Positions 13,901 through 28,061 of a stretch of DNA of 64,000 nucleotides are shown here, in pieces. The stretch lies in the NCBI RefSeq assembly GCF_009914755.1, contig NC_060926.1. The stretch is one strand, 5' to 3'. The translations under genes were made by a program, and so were the position numbers. The stretch comes from the human T2T-CHM13v2.0 reference genome, Homo sapiens. Position 1 is the stretch's first letter. The number at the start of each line of letters is the position of its first letter. The notes beneath the pieces are model-generated. The model was given only the letters and a program-made list of their open reading frames with translations, ran no database searches and had not been told where the DNA came from.

Positions 13901-14144
13901 AGGGAGAAGCAGAAAGAGAAGGCAACTAAGTCACACTTATAATGATGAACCTACAGGACACATCAACAAATTTCTGTTGCTGAGGCACCTTTAATTACAA
14001 TCTGGTAACTAGAGTTGCTTAAAAGGGCAAGGACAATAGAGAAGAGAGAGGAGGATCAAGGATGCTAACAAAGAAGCAAGTTCATGAGTACTTGCCCATC
14101 TCTTCCTTTAATTCTCCTGAAGAATGTTTCCATCTTTTGAATTC

Positions 14145-14290
14145 AGCACACTGGGTTCAATTCCCAGCTGCATTACCTACTAACTTTGTTACCTTAAGCT
14201 AATCCTGTTTGAGACAATTTACCAATAAATACAATGGACAACACAGATATTATGTGATAGTTTCTGCCAAATGATAGGCCCGCTAGAAAC
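14145..14290 (+). mobile_element. MIR fragment
   Basis: ctgggttcaattcccagctgcattacctactaactttgttaccttaagc. Confidence 0.55.
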
Positions 14291-14589
14291 ATTACTTCAA
14301 AGTGCATGTAAAACAAGGAATTCTACACTGGGGCTCCTGTTCACCAGGAGGCTCTATTCCTGCTTATTCTGTCCTTCTTTCTCCTCCCTCATATCTTCCC
14401 TCATTTCTCTTTGTATTGACAATAGAGGTGAGCTCAGTCAAATTTCCCTCATTCCAATCCTCTTCTAAACTTCCCTGCAAGTCTTCTGTATTTTCATTCT
14501 ATTTAAGACTATTCTCTTTTGAAAGGACTCTTAAATAGGAGAATGCCAGTAAACCTAATATGTTCCATATCTCCTTTTATTAGACTCCT

Positions 14590-14828
14590 AGTCATCTTTT
14601 AAGCTCATTTCCAAGAAGTTTTCTATAATTACTCCCATCAGCTTTATTCAGTATATCCACATTGTCCCTTATACCATAATTATTGGTGAGACACTGTCTT
14701 GTCACCCCATCAACATGGCACTCTCCTTGAAGGCAGAAACAGTATCTTACTTATTTTGCCTCTCTATAAGTATACAACACAGTGCCTGGCACATAGGAGT
14801 TCTTTAATAAATATCTGTGTTGAAATGC
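14590..14828 (+). mobile_element. L2 3' end
   Basis: ctccttgaaggcagaaacagtatctta...acagtgcctggcacataggagttctttaataaatatctgtgttgaa. Confidence 0.75.
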
Positions 14829-17800
14829 AAAGTGCTGAGCCATAGGAAAGGCTTTCCAAACACAGCAGTTACCAATTCCATAGGACAAGGAAGTACTTGA
14901 GCTGGTTTTGCTGATATCAGTCCTCCTGTCTTTTCTAGATGTGGGAGATTCATACTCATTGTGCATGTGTGGCTGCTTTGCCACAACCCCGGAGTACAGG
15001 TGCAGATATTAGCATTGAGCAGATTTGCACAAGCAAGAACTCTTCAATTTGTCATGAAAAGCTAGGATTCCAAGAAGGGAGGTGATAAGTTGAAAAATTA
15101 GGGGGAAATATGTTGTTAAGAAGAATCTGGCACACCCCTTCCCCACCTCCATATTAATGAAATGGAAAGGGTGGGGGAAGGAAATGTTATGCTCTACATT
15201 GGCAGGAAAATTGTGCGTGTCCTGCGAGCAGATGAACATGGGACTGTGAACAGGAAGCTGATTATTCCAACACATTATATTTCTCACTGGAAATATCATC
15301 CTGGAGGAAAAGTCCAACATCTCTACTTTTGGAGCACCTACGGCTCTAACTTTCTACATAATATTGGACTGAAGATAATGATGAAGGGTTTTTAAAATAG
15401 GATAGATAGATACTTGTTCCATGTGTGTATTCAGCCCAACACTAACCCCCATTTACCATTACCAACATTTCCTGGGAGCTCCCTCTTTTTAACTTTCTCT
15501 CCATTTCAGCTAGAGTAGCCGATTTTTACTCCTGCCCAAAGTGGAGCATCCCCTCTTTGCTACCATTAACCAGTGTCAGTCCACTCTCTAGTCACATTTG
15601 ATTGCCCTCAAAGTAGGAAAGAAGCAGGAACTGAAGCAATTAGACCAATACGAATATAATTTTCTAAAACTGGGATTAAGATGGGAGAAGATTTGCTCTG
15701 CCGTGTAAGAATTGGGAGATTCCCTTTAGCCAAACTTTTCACACTATGAACCAGAGAAGCAGAAAAAGCTAAACTAGAACTGAAGTAATAATGAGTAAGA
15801 ATGAAGTAGCTATAATGAGAGAAGAAAGATGGAGAGAGAGAGGGAGAGAATATTTGAATCCTTGGTTGCAAATCATTTCTAAAGATTATTTGTTTTCCAT
15901 TGCTTGCCTTATGAGACACCCCCACACTCTTAAATATGTATCTTTCCCCCCTAAAGAGAACTGAAATTGTTTTCTGTTAAACAAAATTAAACAAGTCTTA
16001 AGTATTTCCATTTCAGATCACATCAGTTTCAGTCTGTCTGAAAATGACCACAGCAGCCCCCTCTCATCTTTAAAATGGAACAGTTCCTTGTCTACCCAGG
16101 ATTAAAAACCTAATCAAAGTTAGCCTCAAATGCAACCCTCTAAAGATTATTAGAGCTGAACCATTAAAAAAAAAAGTCAAAGGTAACAGTTGCAAAGGTT
16201 TTTCAAAAAAATAATGTTTAATAAATCACAGAAGCAAAAAATATCGTGCAGTAAGTAAAAACAGCCACCTTCATCTATCAATAAAACAAGGTGGTTTTTA
16301 AAAATTCTACAACAGTAGCTTAAAAAAAAGATTTGTGTTTAAAGCTCTGCTGAGCAGTGGCCTCCCTAGTTTCCACGAGGGTGGTATTTTGAAAAAGGTA
16401 AGACACAGGTGTGCATCGTTTGAAATGGAATTTATTAACAGGTTGTATTATTTTACTCTGCCTCCATGGAACATCACAATGGACTGATAAGCTGCCACAC
16501 TTCAGGCAGAGGGAGGCACATAAACAAAAGTTTTAAAATGAAAAAGCTGTGGGGCTAGGAACATACACAATATGCCCCATGCCAGCTGATTTATGCAGTA
16601 GGAAAGGAGAAAAGATGATCTTTTCTTAATTTCAGTGCATTTTCAGTGTGATAGAGCACTGAATTCAGTCACTAACCCCATTAAATTACTTGGCAAGGGC
16701 TGGACCCTATTTTTCTTTGGAAAAAAGGTGCCAGGGCAATAAGACAATTTGCAGTTCTGGGTTTCTAATATACAATATTCTGACCATTTAAAACAGTTTT
16801 TGTAGGAAATATTTTATAGTTAGAGAAATAGTTTTTGACATTTTGGGGGGAAAAGAACAATGGGCCGTTTACAGGTCTACACAGCAGATTAATGAATCTA
16901 ATTGAGTCTGTAGGGAAATGTTTCAGTTTAACTACTGGAACTAATTTATACATTCACTACATCGTAATAAGTCAATTTAAGTTTCTGGAAATAAAACTGG
17001 ATATCCTGGGTATAGATTTGAACTATAAATTTCTGCAAGAAAGGAGTCTGTGTGTTCATTATACATTGTAAAATTACCATATGGACCTGTCAACACTTCT
17101 TAGCACAGCTTTGTAATAATGTCATTTAGTTTAACATTGTAATGTGCCAACTGAATTAATGTGTATGACACAAAGCATGCCTCCCTCTCAACCTCTGCTT
17201 CTGGGGAGCTGTGCAACTTTTAAAGATTTTTCTCAAGGCAAGAACCTCCTGCATTTGCATAGAGAACTTCAAGATGATGATTGAGTGTAATCACATTTAC
17301 TGTGAGCTGCTGAAAAACAAGCTACAGGGCTCTGATGCCTAAGCTTTCCAAAAATATGCAAGCTCTACAAATGGGAATAAATCTCTACCTGAGAAACCTT
17401 ACTTTACAACCAACACTAACCTACAATTAGTTAGCAATAGCTTCTTTAATCATCTTTTTTAATTGTGGAAAACCCCTTAAGATGGAGAGTTGATAAAATG
17501 CTCTACACATAATAATACTTGGTGTTACCATATTACTCAAAACTCTGTCCTCAATCTGGATATTTATAACATGAATATGGCAATATCTTTCATCCAGATA
17601 TTAATAGAACATGACATAATATAACTCTGAAAAGAAATATAGGAAAGAAAGGAAAATAGGAAATTAGAAAAATGATCCCTAATATTAACCATGTATAATA
17701 TCATTTACATGTATAATCTAACATAATTCTCATAATCCATTTTATATGGTCTTTCTTTATATTATTAATATAGAATTGAGTTGGGTTGGGTTTTTAAAAC

Positions 17801-19004
17801 ATTCTTTCTCAGAAACAGAAAACAGTAAATAAGCATAATTTCTGGAAAAATAGACAGCAATTTACAGGATTTTTGTAAAGGTAAGTTCTCTGTTAATTAG
17901 CACTCCCAAATTTTGATGCAACTTGCCTAATAGTTACATATGTCTATTTTATCTTTTTCCTATAAAAAAAGCACATAGCTGTCAAACTGAATGAATGGCA
18001 GAGGATCCACAAAATTTGTCAAAGAATTTTTCAAGACAGTTGTGTAGAGGACAAGCCTAAATAGTTAAGATTGGTATGGGTGGTAAGGGGTGTGGCCGGG
18101 GGGGAGCACTACTGCTTTTTGCTTTTCTTACAACTTTCACCATAGCCACAGTCAATGGAGCCGATCAAGACTTCAAGCCAGCAAAATACACATCTAACTT
18201 CAGGGCCTTTGAACTTTCGTCATGGGCCTTGGCTGGTCCCTTTCAAGGTATTAATCAACAATTACAGCCTAATTTAGATCATGGAGACTACAACTAGGGC
18301 ATAGAGCAGTAGAACAAGTGAGGAGCCCAAACCAAGTACACGGAGCACCACAGCAAGAAAACTGAAGTTCAAATTTCTACTCTAAATTGTAGAAACACAG
18401 AGGAAAGAGAAATAACAGGCTGAGTGCATGCTTGGTGTGGAGTTCAAGCAGAGGTTTCTGAGATTTCTGTGAAGAAGTCAAACTTCCTTGGTCATTTCAT
18501 ATTTGGTGTTTGTATGTGTCAAGCTAGTTTATAGGTTCAAATCTGAGGCAAAGAGCATTTCTCTACTTATTTGATGTATTTTCTTCTCAGGATACAGTGT
18601 GGTATCCTGTTTATTCAGGACCTTCTGTAGTTTCTCTCCCTATCAGGTATGATTTCTTCAGGGAGCACTTGGACCTTTTCTAAAACTCATCTCTATCAAA
18701 GACTTACAACAGATTCCTTTACTTAGAGTTTAACTGTGCACAATGACAGCTAGCTAATCAGATAAACATCTGTACTAGTGCATTCATAAATGCTTACATG
18801 ATAGTGTATTGCTCTTCTAAGGGATACATAATTTTTTAATGTTACTGTCTTAATCCAAACAATGGTTAGGAACAAACTTTCATACAAATGAGGACTTATG
18901 AAGCTCTTACGGTCATATAAAGGAGAAAAAATCCAGTATCTCACTAAGATTTGTCATGAAGCATACTATGTTTCTACATGATATTTATATGCGAAATAAA
19001 ATCC

Positions 19005-19400
19005 TAAAAGTCAGTATGTCCTATTCAGATCCCTGCTCTGCCACTTACTATTGATCAAACTTTAATTATACAACCTCTCTACATCTCAGTTTTTTCATAC
19101 ATACAAGTGGCATAGTAATAATAGCTACATTATATGGTTGTTGTGAAGATAAAATTAGTCAAGTAATTTAATTAACTGGAAAAGCACTGGTTCTAGATAA
19201 GTGTTAGTAATTATCATTATTATGGGTAGAGAGTATGGTATATTGGTTAAGGACTCTGGCTCTGGCATTAGACATCTATGTTCAACTCCAAGTTTTTGCT
19301 ACATATAGGAGGTTGGAGAAACTATTCAGTCTCTCTATATCTCAGTTTCTACATCGGCCAAATGGCTTATGAGAATTGTAAAGGTAAGAAAGACTGGATG
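19005..19400 (+). mobile_element. Two adjacent MIR copies (~19005-19222 and ~19228-19400)
   Basis: ccctgctctgccacttact...acatctcagtttttcat...gttgtgaagataaaat; agtatggtatattggttaaggactctggctctgg...ctcagtttctacatc. Confidence 0.7.
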
Positions 19401-21879
19401 ACGCCATTTAATCTGCCTTAAGTGACGTAGAAAAAGATATGATCGTATACTATTGGGGTGATAATTTATGGCCTCGGAGGAGGTAAAAGGGCATATTGCA
19501 CAGTCTACTTGTGAGCAATCACTTTGCTGAGCCCACAGTGATGATGTCAAGTTGAGGCCAAACTCAAGTTAGCCAAGTGAACCTCACTTAGCCAAGTTAA
19601 CTCTGTGGGTCAGGTCTATTCCTCATATATTCACAAGAGAGAACACCAGCAGTGATCTGCAAATGCTGCAAATAATACCTGAGGAGTGAAAATAGTACCA
19701 TAACAATGTTTTGCGGTTGCCTTCTGTTTCTATGTTCTGGGCCATCTCTCTCATTGGCTTTAAAGAAAGAGAAGTGTGGAAAGATTGCACAACACCACCA
19801 CCACTAAACTGAAACAAATATAATTTCTAGCAAAGTTGAATTTCCACATGATCATGTTTAAAAATCACAAAAGTAAGTCTGGGTCTAAAAAAGTACTTGA
19901 GCAATTTACCCCATTTGAGAACTCTCTAGGTTTGAAATCTCATATTGAAGCGTGACTGCTGTGGCTTGGTTTTCCACATTTATCAGTGTGGGGGCACTGG
20001 CCATGATTCTTCTTTCCTTTGTCCTCCCCAGGCATTGGCACAGTCTTTGGACATGAAAATCATGGAGAAGGAAGAGGCTGATTGTTATCCATGATTAGGC
20101 AGTGCAGATATAGCTCAATATTCCAAATGGGATGTTTTGGCCTTGGAGTTAAGTTCCAAGAGCATTATAAAATAATCACCTGTATAGGAAGTCCTGACTT
20201 AACTCTATTAACAACTTCGTAAGTATAAGAACAATTATCGTACTATTTCATTTTGATAAATTTGTATTCTATTTTTAGCATTTTATAAGACATACATCTC
20301 TTTTGTTTTCTGATAATGATAAATGGAGATAAAAGTAAAGAATCATTTTCCTTCTCTTGATTACATTTGCACTTTCCCATTCCAACTTCTCCTACTCCTG
20401 ACTACACCTGTCTTCAATATACGCCTAGCTTTTTCCTTTAACCAAATGTAATTTGTTCAAATTGTCCTTTACAAACTTTAAGAAAGCCTATTTGGTATAT
20501 ATGAGGCAACGCAAGGCTTTAAAATACTTAGCATTTCTATGATACAGCTCATTTTCAATGCACTTTAAAAATATTAGCTAATTAATTAATTAGTTCCTGA
20601 TTACAAGGTGGCAGAAGTTCAAGGAGAAAATTGACACATTTCTCTACCTTTATAAAGAAAACTTGTTTATATAAGAGAATATCATTTCTTTTTTGAGTAA
20701 TATGTACTGTTGTAAAAAATGTTGTGTTTTTGCTAGAACTAGGTATAATAATCATTAAAAATGAATAACAGTAATAATACTAGTATAAATACAACAATAT
20801 TTTTCAAGGTGGATACATATTTGTTAGACTCTGCTCCTTAAGAACAGGAGCTGTCTTGTTCTCCTTTGTGGCTTGGCACCTAACAGTCCCTGGCCTGGAA
20901 AATATAAATACACTAATTTATAGGAGATGAAATCTAATTTGTAAGCTTTGTTTCATACAATGATAAACAATATAAGAACCAATGCAAAACAGCATTACTC
21001 CACATAAAAAGGAAAGCAAGGAACACAACAGTGTGGTTAATTTTCTAATCACAAAGTTATGTCTACATGCCATTAATCCTCAGGAAGCAAACTGAAAAAA
21101 AATTACCAAATTTGAGCATAATTTGTGTGTAAAAAGAGAATAGATTTCGCTTTTGATGTCATTTCATACAAGGAGCAATCAAGTTCATTCAAACATAGGT
21201 TCAAATATATTTTCTTAAAATAGTTACCCTAATATTGTAACAGTTGAATTGGTTGAAAGTGTAATTCCTCCTTATCCATCTGATGTCAAACAGCTAGATA
21301 TTTCAAATTGACCTTTTAGTTTTACACATGAGTTCCTGATTTGAGATAAACACAAAACTAGGCTGCCTGTACACATAAACAGTGTAATTTCTTTTGATAG
21401 CCAAATCCTGTATTTAACAACAAAGACAAAGTGATGGATATATTTTTAAAATTTAGAGATAACATCATAATTTTATACAGTAAGTCATAATCCAAGATAT
21501 GTGATTTCTATTTGGGAAGACAAAGTTCTGCTTATCCTCTCTTACTGAGCAAAACCAAACAACTGATAATTTATTCTGGCATATAATAGCTAAGAAATAT
21601 AAGCACACGGATTGCAAAAGCTATCCAAAAATTTGAATTTATAAGCTTACCTATAGGCATTTCTTTTTTTCACACAAGGAGAAAAATAGATGTTAAATCC
21701 AGCAGTGGCTATTAAGATATTTTTTTGCTCTCTGAACTCTTTGAAAAGATGATAAAAATTTCTAAAACTTTTCTTCAGATAAAATTATATAAAAATAATA
21801 TGAATACAACATTTTGCACTTTATTTCAGGAAAGTCACATACCTGAAGATGATCCTGCATGTCCATAGAGCCTAGGTCC

Positions 21880-22480
21880 CTCAAAAGATGGTGTTGCAAT
21901 GACAGAAATTGAGACATCAAGAGAACGTTTAGCAGAATAAGTTAGTTAAGATGTAGGTGTGTCGAAAGTTTCAGGTGTCAGTAAACATCAAAAGAAAATG
22001 TAGCAGTAGCTAGAAATTTCCAGGCTGAAGATGAAGGTTAAAGCTAAAGATAGACTATTTTTGTCATCTACATGGAAGATGATGGCTAAAGCTATAAGAG
22101 TGAATGACATCAGCAAGGAAGAAAATACAGGAATAAGGAAGAAGAGATGGTGAAATGGCTACTCGTAAGGAGTGGGAGAAAGAATAAATGAGAAGAAAAT
22201 GAAGAATGTGTGGCCAAGAACATAGGAGAAAAGCCAGGAAGATCAATGTCTTATCAACAGACAGATTTGAGCAGCAGGTACTCAACAGAGCTTAAGAAAA
22301 ACAAATATTGAGAACAGAGTAAGGACTATTTCATTTGGTGAACAGGAGATTTCTATTGAACTAGAATAGCTAGGTAACTACATTTTCATGGGTTAAGAAG
22401 AGAAGAGGAGAAAGAACAGTGAGGAAGAGAACCCATTGCATTATTGAGGAATTTTGAAGTCAAATAAAAAAGAGATGTGA
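21880..22480 (-). mobile_element. L2 (L2c-like) internal fragment
   Basis: purine-rich; gtcatctacatggaagatgatggctaaagctataagagtgaatgacatc resembles antisense L2. Confidence 0.55.
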
Positions 22481-23004
22481 GTGGAATGACATAATTCTAG
22501 AGATAAGTGAAGCTGGAGAATGTTACATGCTTGGAAGGAAGGAGTGAGTCTTAGAAATTAAGGGAGCAAGTTCCTTCAAGACAGATGAAACGTAATGAGC
22601 AACAGAATGAACTAGATATGATAATGATGCAAAACTCTTCTTTGTTACATACAGGCTGGGAGAAGGGTCCACACAAAAATTCTGAGATGGAGATGATGGC
22701 TAAAGTTAGAGTTCACATTGGATGACTTTGAACTCAGTAAACTAGGTGAATTTGCCAGAAGATATGAAGCTGTGGGAACTTGGAAGCCCAGGACACTATG
22801 ATATTGATTACAGGGAAATAGTTCGAAAATATCACAAGATTACAAGCAGCTGTAAGTGTCTTGACTAGCGAAAGACCTTGGATTTGTAGAGCATCAGTCT
22901 ATGTATGTCTACAACAATATTCATCAATTTTATTAATCCAAGACTGGGTATTAGAACAGGCAGGGAGTTAGGAGAACTTGGTATTGACAGGGGCAATGTC
23001 AGTC

Positions 23005-23370
23005 AGCAACATGGCAGCATGCAAAGAACTTTGGTCTGTGAGATCAGGAATCTAGGTTCTGGGTTCATTCATTACATTGTCCTAGGCTAATAACTTTCTT
23101 CTTTCACTCTTATGTCTTCATTTGTAAACTGGAGATGCTAGACTATGTAATTTCAAATATGGTTTCAAATGGAAAGAAAATCTTATTCTTGAGGCAAAGT
23201 AGAGTTGCAGAAAGAGCAACATCTTTGTGGTCAGGCTTTACTCTCTACTTCTGCCACTTTATCGCCTGTGACCTTGAGAAAGTTACTTCTTTGCACCTCA
23301 GTTTCCTCATCCATAAAATGGTGAAAAGAGTAAGTTATGGGGAAATGTTAAAGATAAAATTTGAATAGTA
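23005..23370 (+). mobile_element. MIR3/MIRc followed by MIR
   Basis: gagatcaggaatctaggttct...catttgtaaactggagatgctagacta; ctgccacttt...tgtgaccttgagaaagttactt...cctcagtttcctcatccataaaatgg. Confidence 0.7.
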
Positions 23371-23411
23371 GTCATCAATAATTGCAATAATTGTTTATTT
23401 GATTATATTGA

Positions 23412-23714
<303 letters not shown>

Positions 23715-25614
23715 CTGATTTGATCTTCCTAAAGCCATATACTTTAACCATAATTTAATGTTTCTTGATGACTTACAATCATCAAGTACAAAGGATGATT
23801 AATGCTATAACATTGTGACATTCTTGTGCCCAGATTGCTTACACACTTATTGAGCCCAAGAATCTTCTTTGTGCAAGTTGTCAAATTATCATTGTACTAT
23901 AATCAATATGTCTGTAATCTGCTAAGATCTTGGAGAGTAGACAACTAAATCATATAATATGTACATTAAATAAAAGTAGGTGCTTATGGAGGCCACGAGT
24001 ATTAGGTGTGCATAGCTATTTTGACTTCTAAGAAACTTTCTTTGCTTACTTTCAGATTCTGAAATGTGATCCAATAAGTAGGACACTGAATAAACACTCT
24101 AAAAAGAGATAAAGTCATATTCAAACACAAAAACTGTCAACATACAGTGATTGTGTGTAAGATTGGTGGAAGAGAGTTCACTGACTCTAACAGACCCTAA
24201 TACTGCATTGAGTACCTCTGTAAATTTTCATTCTATTTTTATGAGTGAGGAACGGTGAGAAAATGGTATGACAATGAGGAGTTGAAAATGGAAAAGAAGA
24301 TTTTATTTTCTACTAATTATATATTGTCTATGATCTCACATTTAAAAATATGCATTGGCTTAGTCAATAATTGACCCTGGGGTTGATTTGTTTTTGGAAC
24401 AAGTCTCAGCAAAGTCCCTTAAAAAGTAAGATAAATAAGCAATGTTTATACAGCTTTAATTATGTTAATCATTTTAGGACTGAATTCACAAACTGTCAGG
24501 GAACAGCAAGAGAGTGAGCAGACCACTTTTCCTCCGACCTTCCCTTTTCCTATCTGATTGCTGTCTCCCATATATTCTTTTCCTGAGGCATCTGAAATTG
24601 CTGATTTAGGTGGAGTAGAAGATTTAACAAAGCTAATTGCTTCTGTTGTTAGACAGACAGACATGTATCTATTACATTCACTATATTAGAACTACGAATT
24701 GCTTTAAAAAGTCAACAGAAATAAACATAAAAAGTGTCTCTAACCCTTTCTACTTTTAATAGAGGTACTTCCATAGTTGTAGGGAAGTTTGTACCTGCGA
24801 GTACAAAACAGAGAATGAATCTGAATGATGTGGTCTGACTGCTAATGTTTACAAGCTGAAGAGGAGATGCTGTGAGATTTCCCTGTGGATGCAGTCTTGA
24901 GAAAAGGACTAGCGAAATTACTACAATCCTAGCACGCTGAATTAGTTGAACAGGCTAATCCTCACAAATGGATAGGATTTAAGATATGATTGTGAGATTG
25001 TTATCCAATTGCATAAATCTATGTATAAATGCAGGTTCAGATTTATAGACACTGAATATAACAGAAAAAGACATAGATATTTTCATCTAGGAACTTTTAT
25101 GTACATTTTAAATCATTGTTTAGTATATATTTCTCTCAATAGAAGTAGCATGCTGAAATGGAAGAATTTGTTGCAATAAAATACAAAGCCAAGCTATTAT
25201 ATTACTAGCTCAATAGCACAATGCCTTAGATATTTAAATTTGTGCAGAGGGAGTTAGTTATATATAAAACTCTTTGGCCAAACCCGCCACATATACAGTT
25301 GGGAGGACACCAGTTAAGTATGGGTGAATAGAGAAGTTTAGAATCTTGCATTAAAAAAAACTTCCTTACAAAATGTGCACACGAGAATCACTAAAATTTC
25401 AAGGATCCTTTTTACTTAAATAAAAGATGCAAAAGGTATTGTGGTAGTAAGTGTGCATCTGTTCACCCTTAGAACAGAATTTCAAATACTTAGTGTTTTG
25501 AAAAATTCCTTTGCCAACCTACTTTATTACCCCATGTAAATGAATCATTTGATTTTCTGTGTAAATTGCTTGTAAACTTGCTTTCCATTTAATTATAATT
25601 CAAGACAGTTTAGA

Positions 25615-25663
25615 ACACACACATACACATACACATATGTACACATACACACATACACACACA
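25615..25663. repeat. (CA)/(CATA)n microsatellite
   Basis: acacacacatacacatacacat... Confidence 0.85.
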
Positions 25664-25714
25664 CCTGGGTTAGAGAATCTGAGCATTTAAGAGCTATAAG
25701 GAAATTTTGAGATG

Positions 25715-25840
25715 TTTGGTCGAAATCCAGCCTCAAGTTAGCAGACGTGAAACTGGGATCACAGAATCTGAGTCCTTGTCCCAATTCACAGTGCACAAAA
25801 TCTGGCAAGAACTTTGACGTTCAGGTTCATAGTCACCTTT
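25715..25840 (-). mobile_element. MIR fragment
   Basis: gcagacgtgaaactgggatcacaga...cttgtcccaattcacag. Confidence 0.5.
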
Positions 25841-28061
25841 CTATCCTATCACCCTCCTTTATCATTTCACAACTATTGTCTGTGTTTCACCTTTTGGCTT
25901 GGTATTATGCCAGCATGCATTCCCTTCTCCTATACCTAGAGAGGGTCATGGCGATTTCCCATATTTCCTCCAACACAGCAAACAGACTAAACACATATGG
26001 TCCAAAGTCCAACCTCATGGTGTCAGTCTAGGCCTTATTTCTTCAGATGATTCTCTTCTCAGATGAAAATCACTCACTGGTTACAAAATCAATGTTGTAA
26101 AAAATGAACTATTTTTTTCGTGACATATCTGTTTTGATCACATTCCCAACGGATCCATAAAATAACACAAAATAACATCACATGCACTACTTTTGAAGTC
26201 TGTACTGAGTTACTGGTCTGAAACATTATCAATTGCACTGTGGTATGCATACAGAGCTTCCGGCAGAGTGTGTATCCAGTGAGTCATTTGAGAAATGGGG
26301 TGTCTCTGCCAGGCATTCTTTTAGTAGCCCATGTAAGATGTTACTGAAGAGCTGGAGAGAAGAGGGAGCCACTCTACCTCATCATTCACACTGAACCTAA
26401 ATGAAGAGATCTTAGATTAGACTCACCTCCATCTTTCATATTAATCTAGGGTAAATATTGAAATAAATCATTCTGTTTCTTTAGTCCTAATTTATCTTTT
26501 CCTAGGAAAAGAAGAAGAATCTAGCACTGTAAAATACACCTGGGATCTTACCTGAGATAAAACTACAAACTATAGTAGGCTAACATAGTCAAGACTTTAT
26601 ATTTCCAAAACACTTTAAAATATATTATCTCATTTAGACTATATTCAAATATTTAACCTCATATGTCTCTATTTGGGAACTGTGAAAAATAAGGCCTAAG
26701 GAGATATTTTTTTTTCCAGGCCACAAATCTAACAAATGTTCTATTTGTTATTTTTATTTTTAGCTATTATTTTCAGTCTTAAATTTCCTGGTACTATACA
26801 GTGCTGACAGTTTTTAGACTGTATGAAGAATATGGCATCCCCAATTAGGGACTATTATGGCTCAACAGAAAGGGTATATATACCTTGGAAAGGGCCAAAA
26901 GCTCATATGAATGCTTTGTCACTAGCATGCATCTATCTTGTGCCAAGAGATCTTTTTCTAGTTATCCTCTAGGGTATTAAATGTTTAAATGTTTTCTGCA
27001 GCCACCCTGTTCTCTAGATCCCATGTATTGAAAGACTTACAGGTCCCTAGGAGAATATTTTGTGAAGGTCTTAAAGAAAGCTACATTTGCCTTCCTTTTC
27101 TACTTGTGAGCCTTTTTGATTAAAACTCCTCCCTTACTGATGTCATCCAGATCAGCTCAAGGAAAACATTTGACAGGTCCATCTGTGTCCACAGTCACCC
27201 ACAAACATGGGAAACTGCCACCCATCTGCCTCCCTATGCTTTGTTTTGCTCCTGTCCTGGTTATTTTGTTCTCTTGTAGCTACAGGGGATATTAATACCC
27301 TCCTGTCTTCCAGAAATGTGAAGAGAATGGATCTATGTTAGCTTGTGCTCCTGAGAGAAAGATGTTATAGAAATAGCATATGCTATCACACTGTTATTTA
27401 CACGCAATTCTACAAGTTTTCTAGTAACATCCTCACATTTTAATGAACATGTTTCTTAACTTCCTACCTGGATTCACTATTAATCATTTCAATGTAATTA
27501 TGGCTCATCAATTATTCTGCGTTTCCCAAATAGATTGTTTACTCTTAATGACAGAAATGTTATAAATTTAGGGACACTTTTTGGATTCAATTACTTTCTT
27601 GTCTATTGCCTGCATTTTATGATGTCATTCACTAATGTTGCCAAGAGTTGAATATTTGCATTAGTTCCTTTTTTATTTTGAATAACAACATACACTTTTT
27701 GGTAAAACAACACCAGGATGATTTCAAATCAGGGAAAATGCAAATCAGAGGCTTAAAGATGTGAAGCAATCCAAATATTTTCTTAATCACATTCCTGGGG
27801 CATTGTATGAAATTCCAATAGCAATCAATGATCTTATGATTCAAACAATCCTATAAATATGATAAGAATTCATAATAGCTGTCAAAATTCAAAACAAAAC
27901 AAATATGTCAGTGAATTTCAAAAAGGATTATTTGAGTCAATTTTAATCATTGCTTTTTTATAAAGACATATTATTTGAAACCGATATGTACAGATTAGAG
28001 CTCAGTGTACAAATTTACAGCCATGTCACATGAATTTAAAATCTTTTAAGATACACACATC

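Noticed and set aside
15162-15395. 77-aa ORF in unique DNA
   Set aside because: No recognisable domain, splice framing or other coding support; length expected by chance
19529-19565. Short repeat ttagccaagt(g/t)aac, two copies
   Set aside because: Only two short units; not a CRISPR-like or spaced array
23764-23786. Hairpin cttgatga-N7-tcatcaag
   Set aside because: An 8-bp stem is expected by chance in 64 kb and is too short for a pre-miRNA
26420-26560. Minus-strand donor-like motifs (actcacct, tcttacctg)
   Set aside because: No convincing exon-sized pairing with an acceptor
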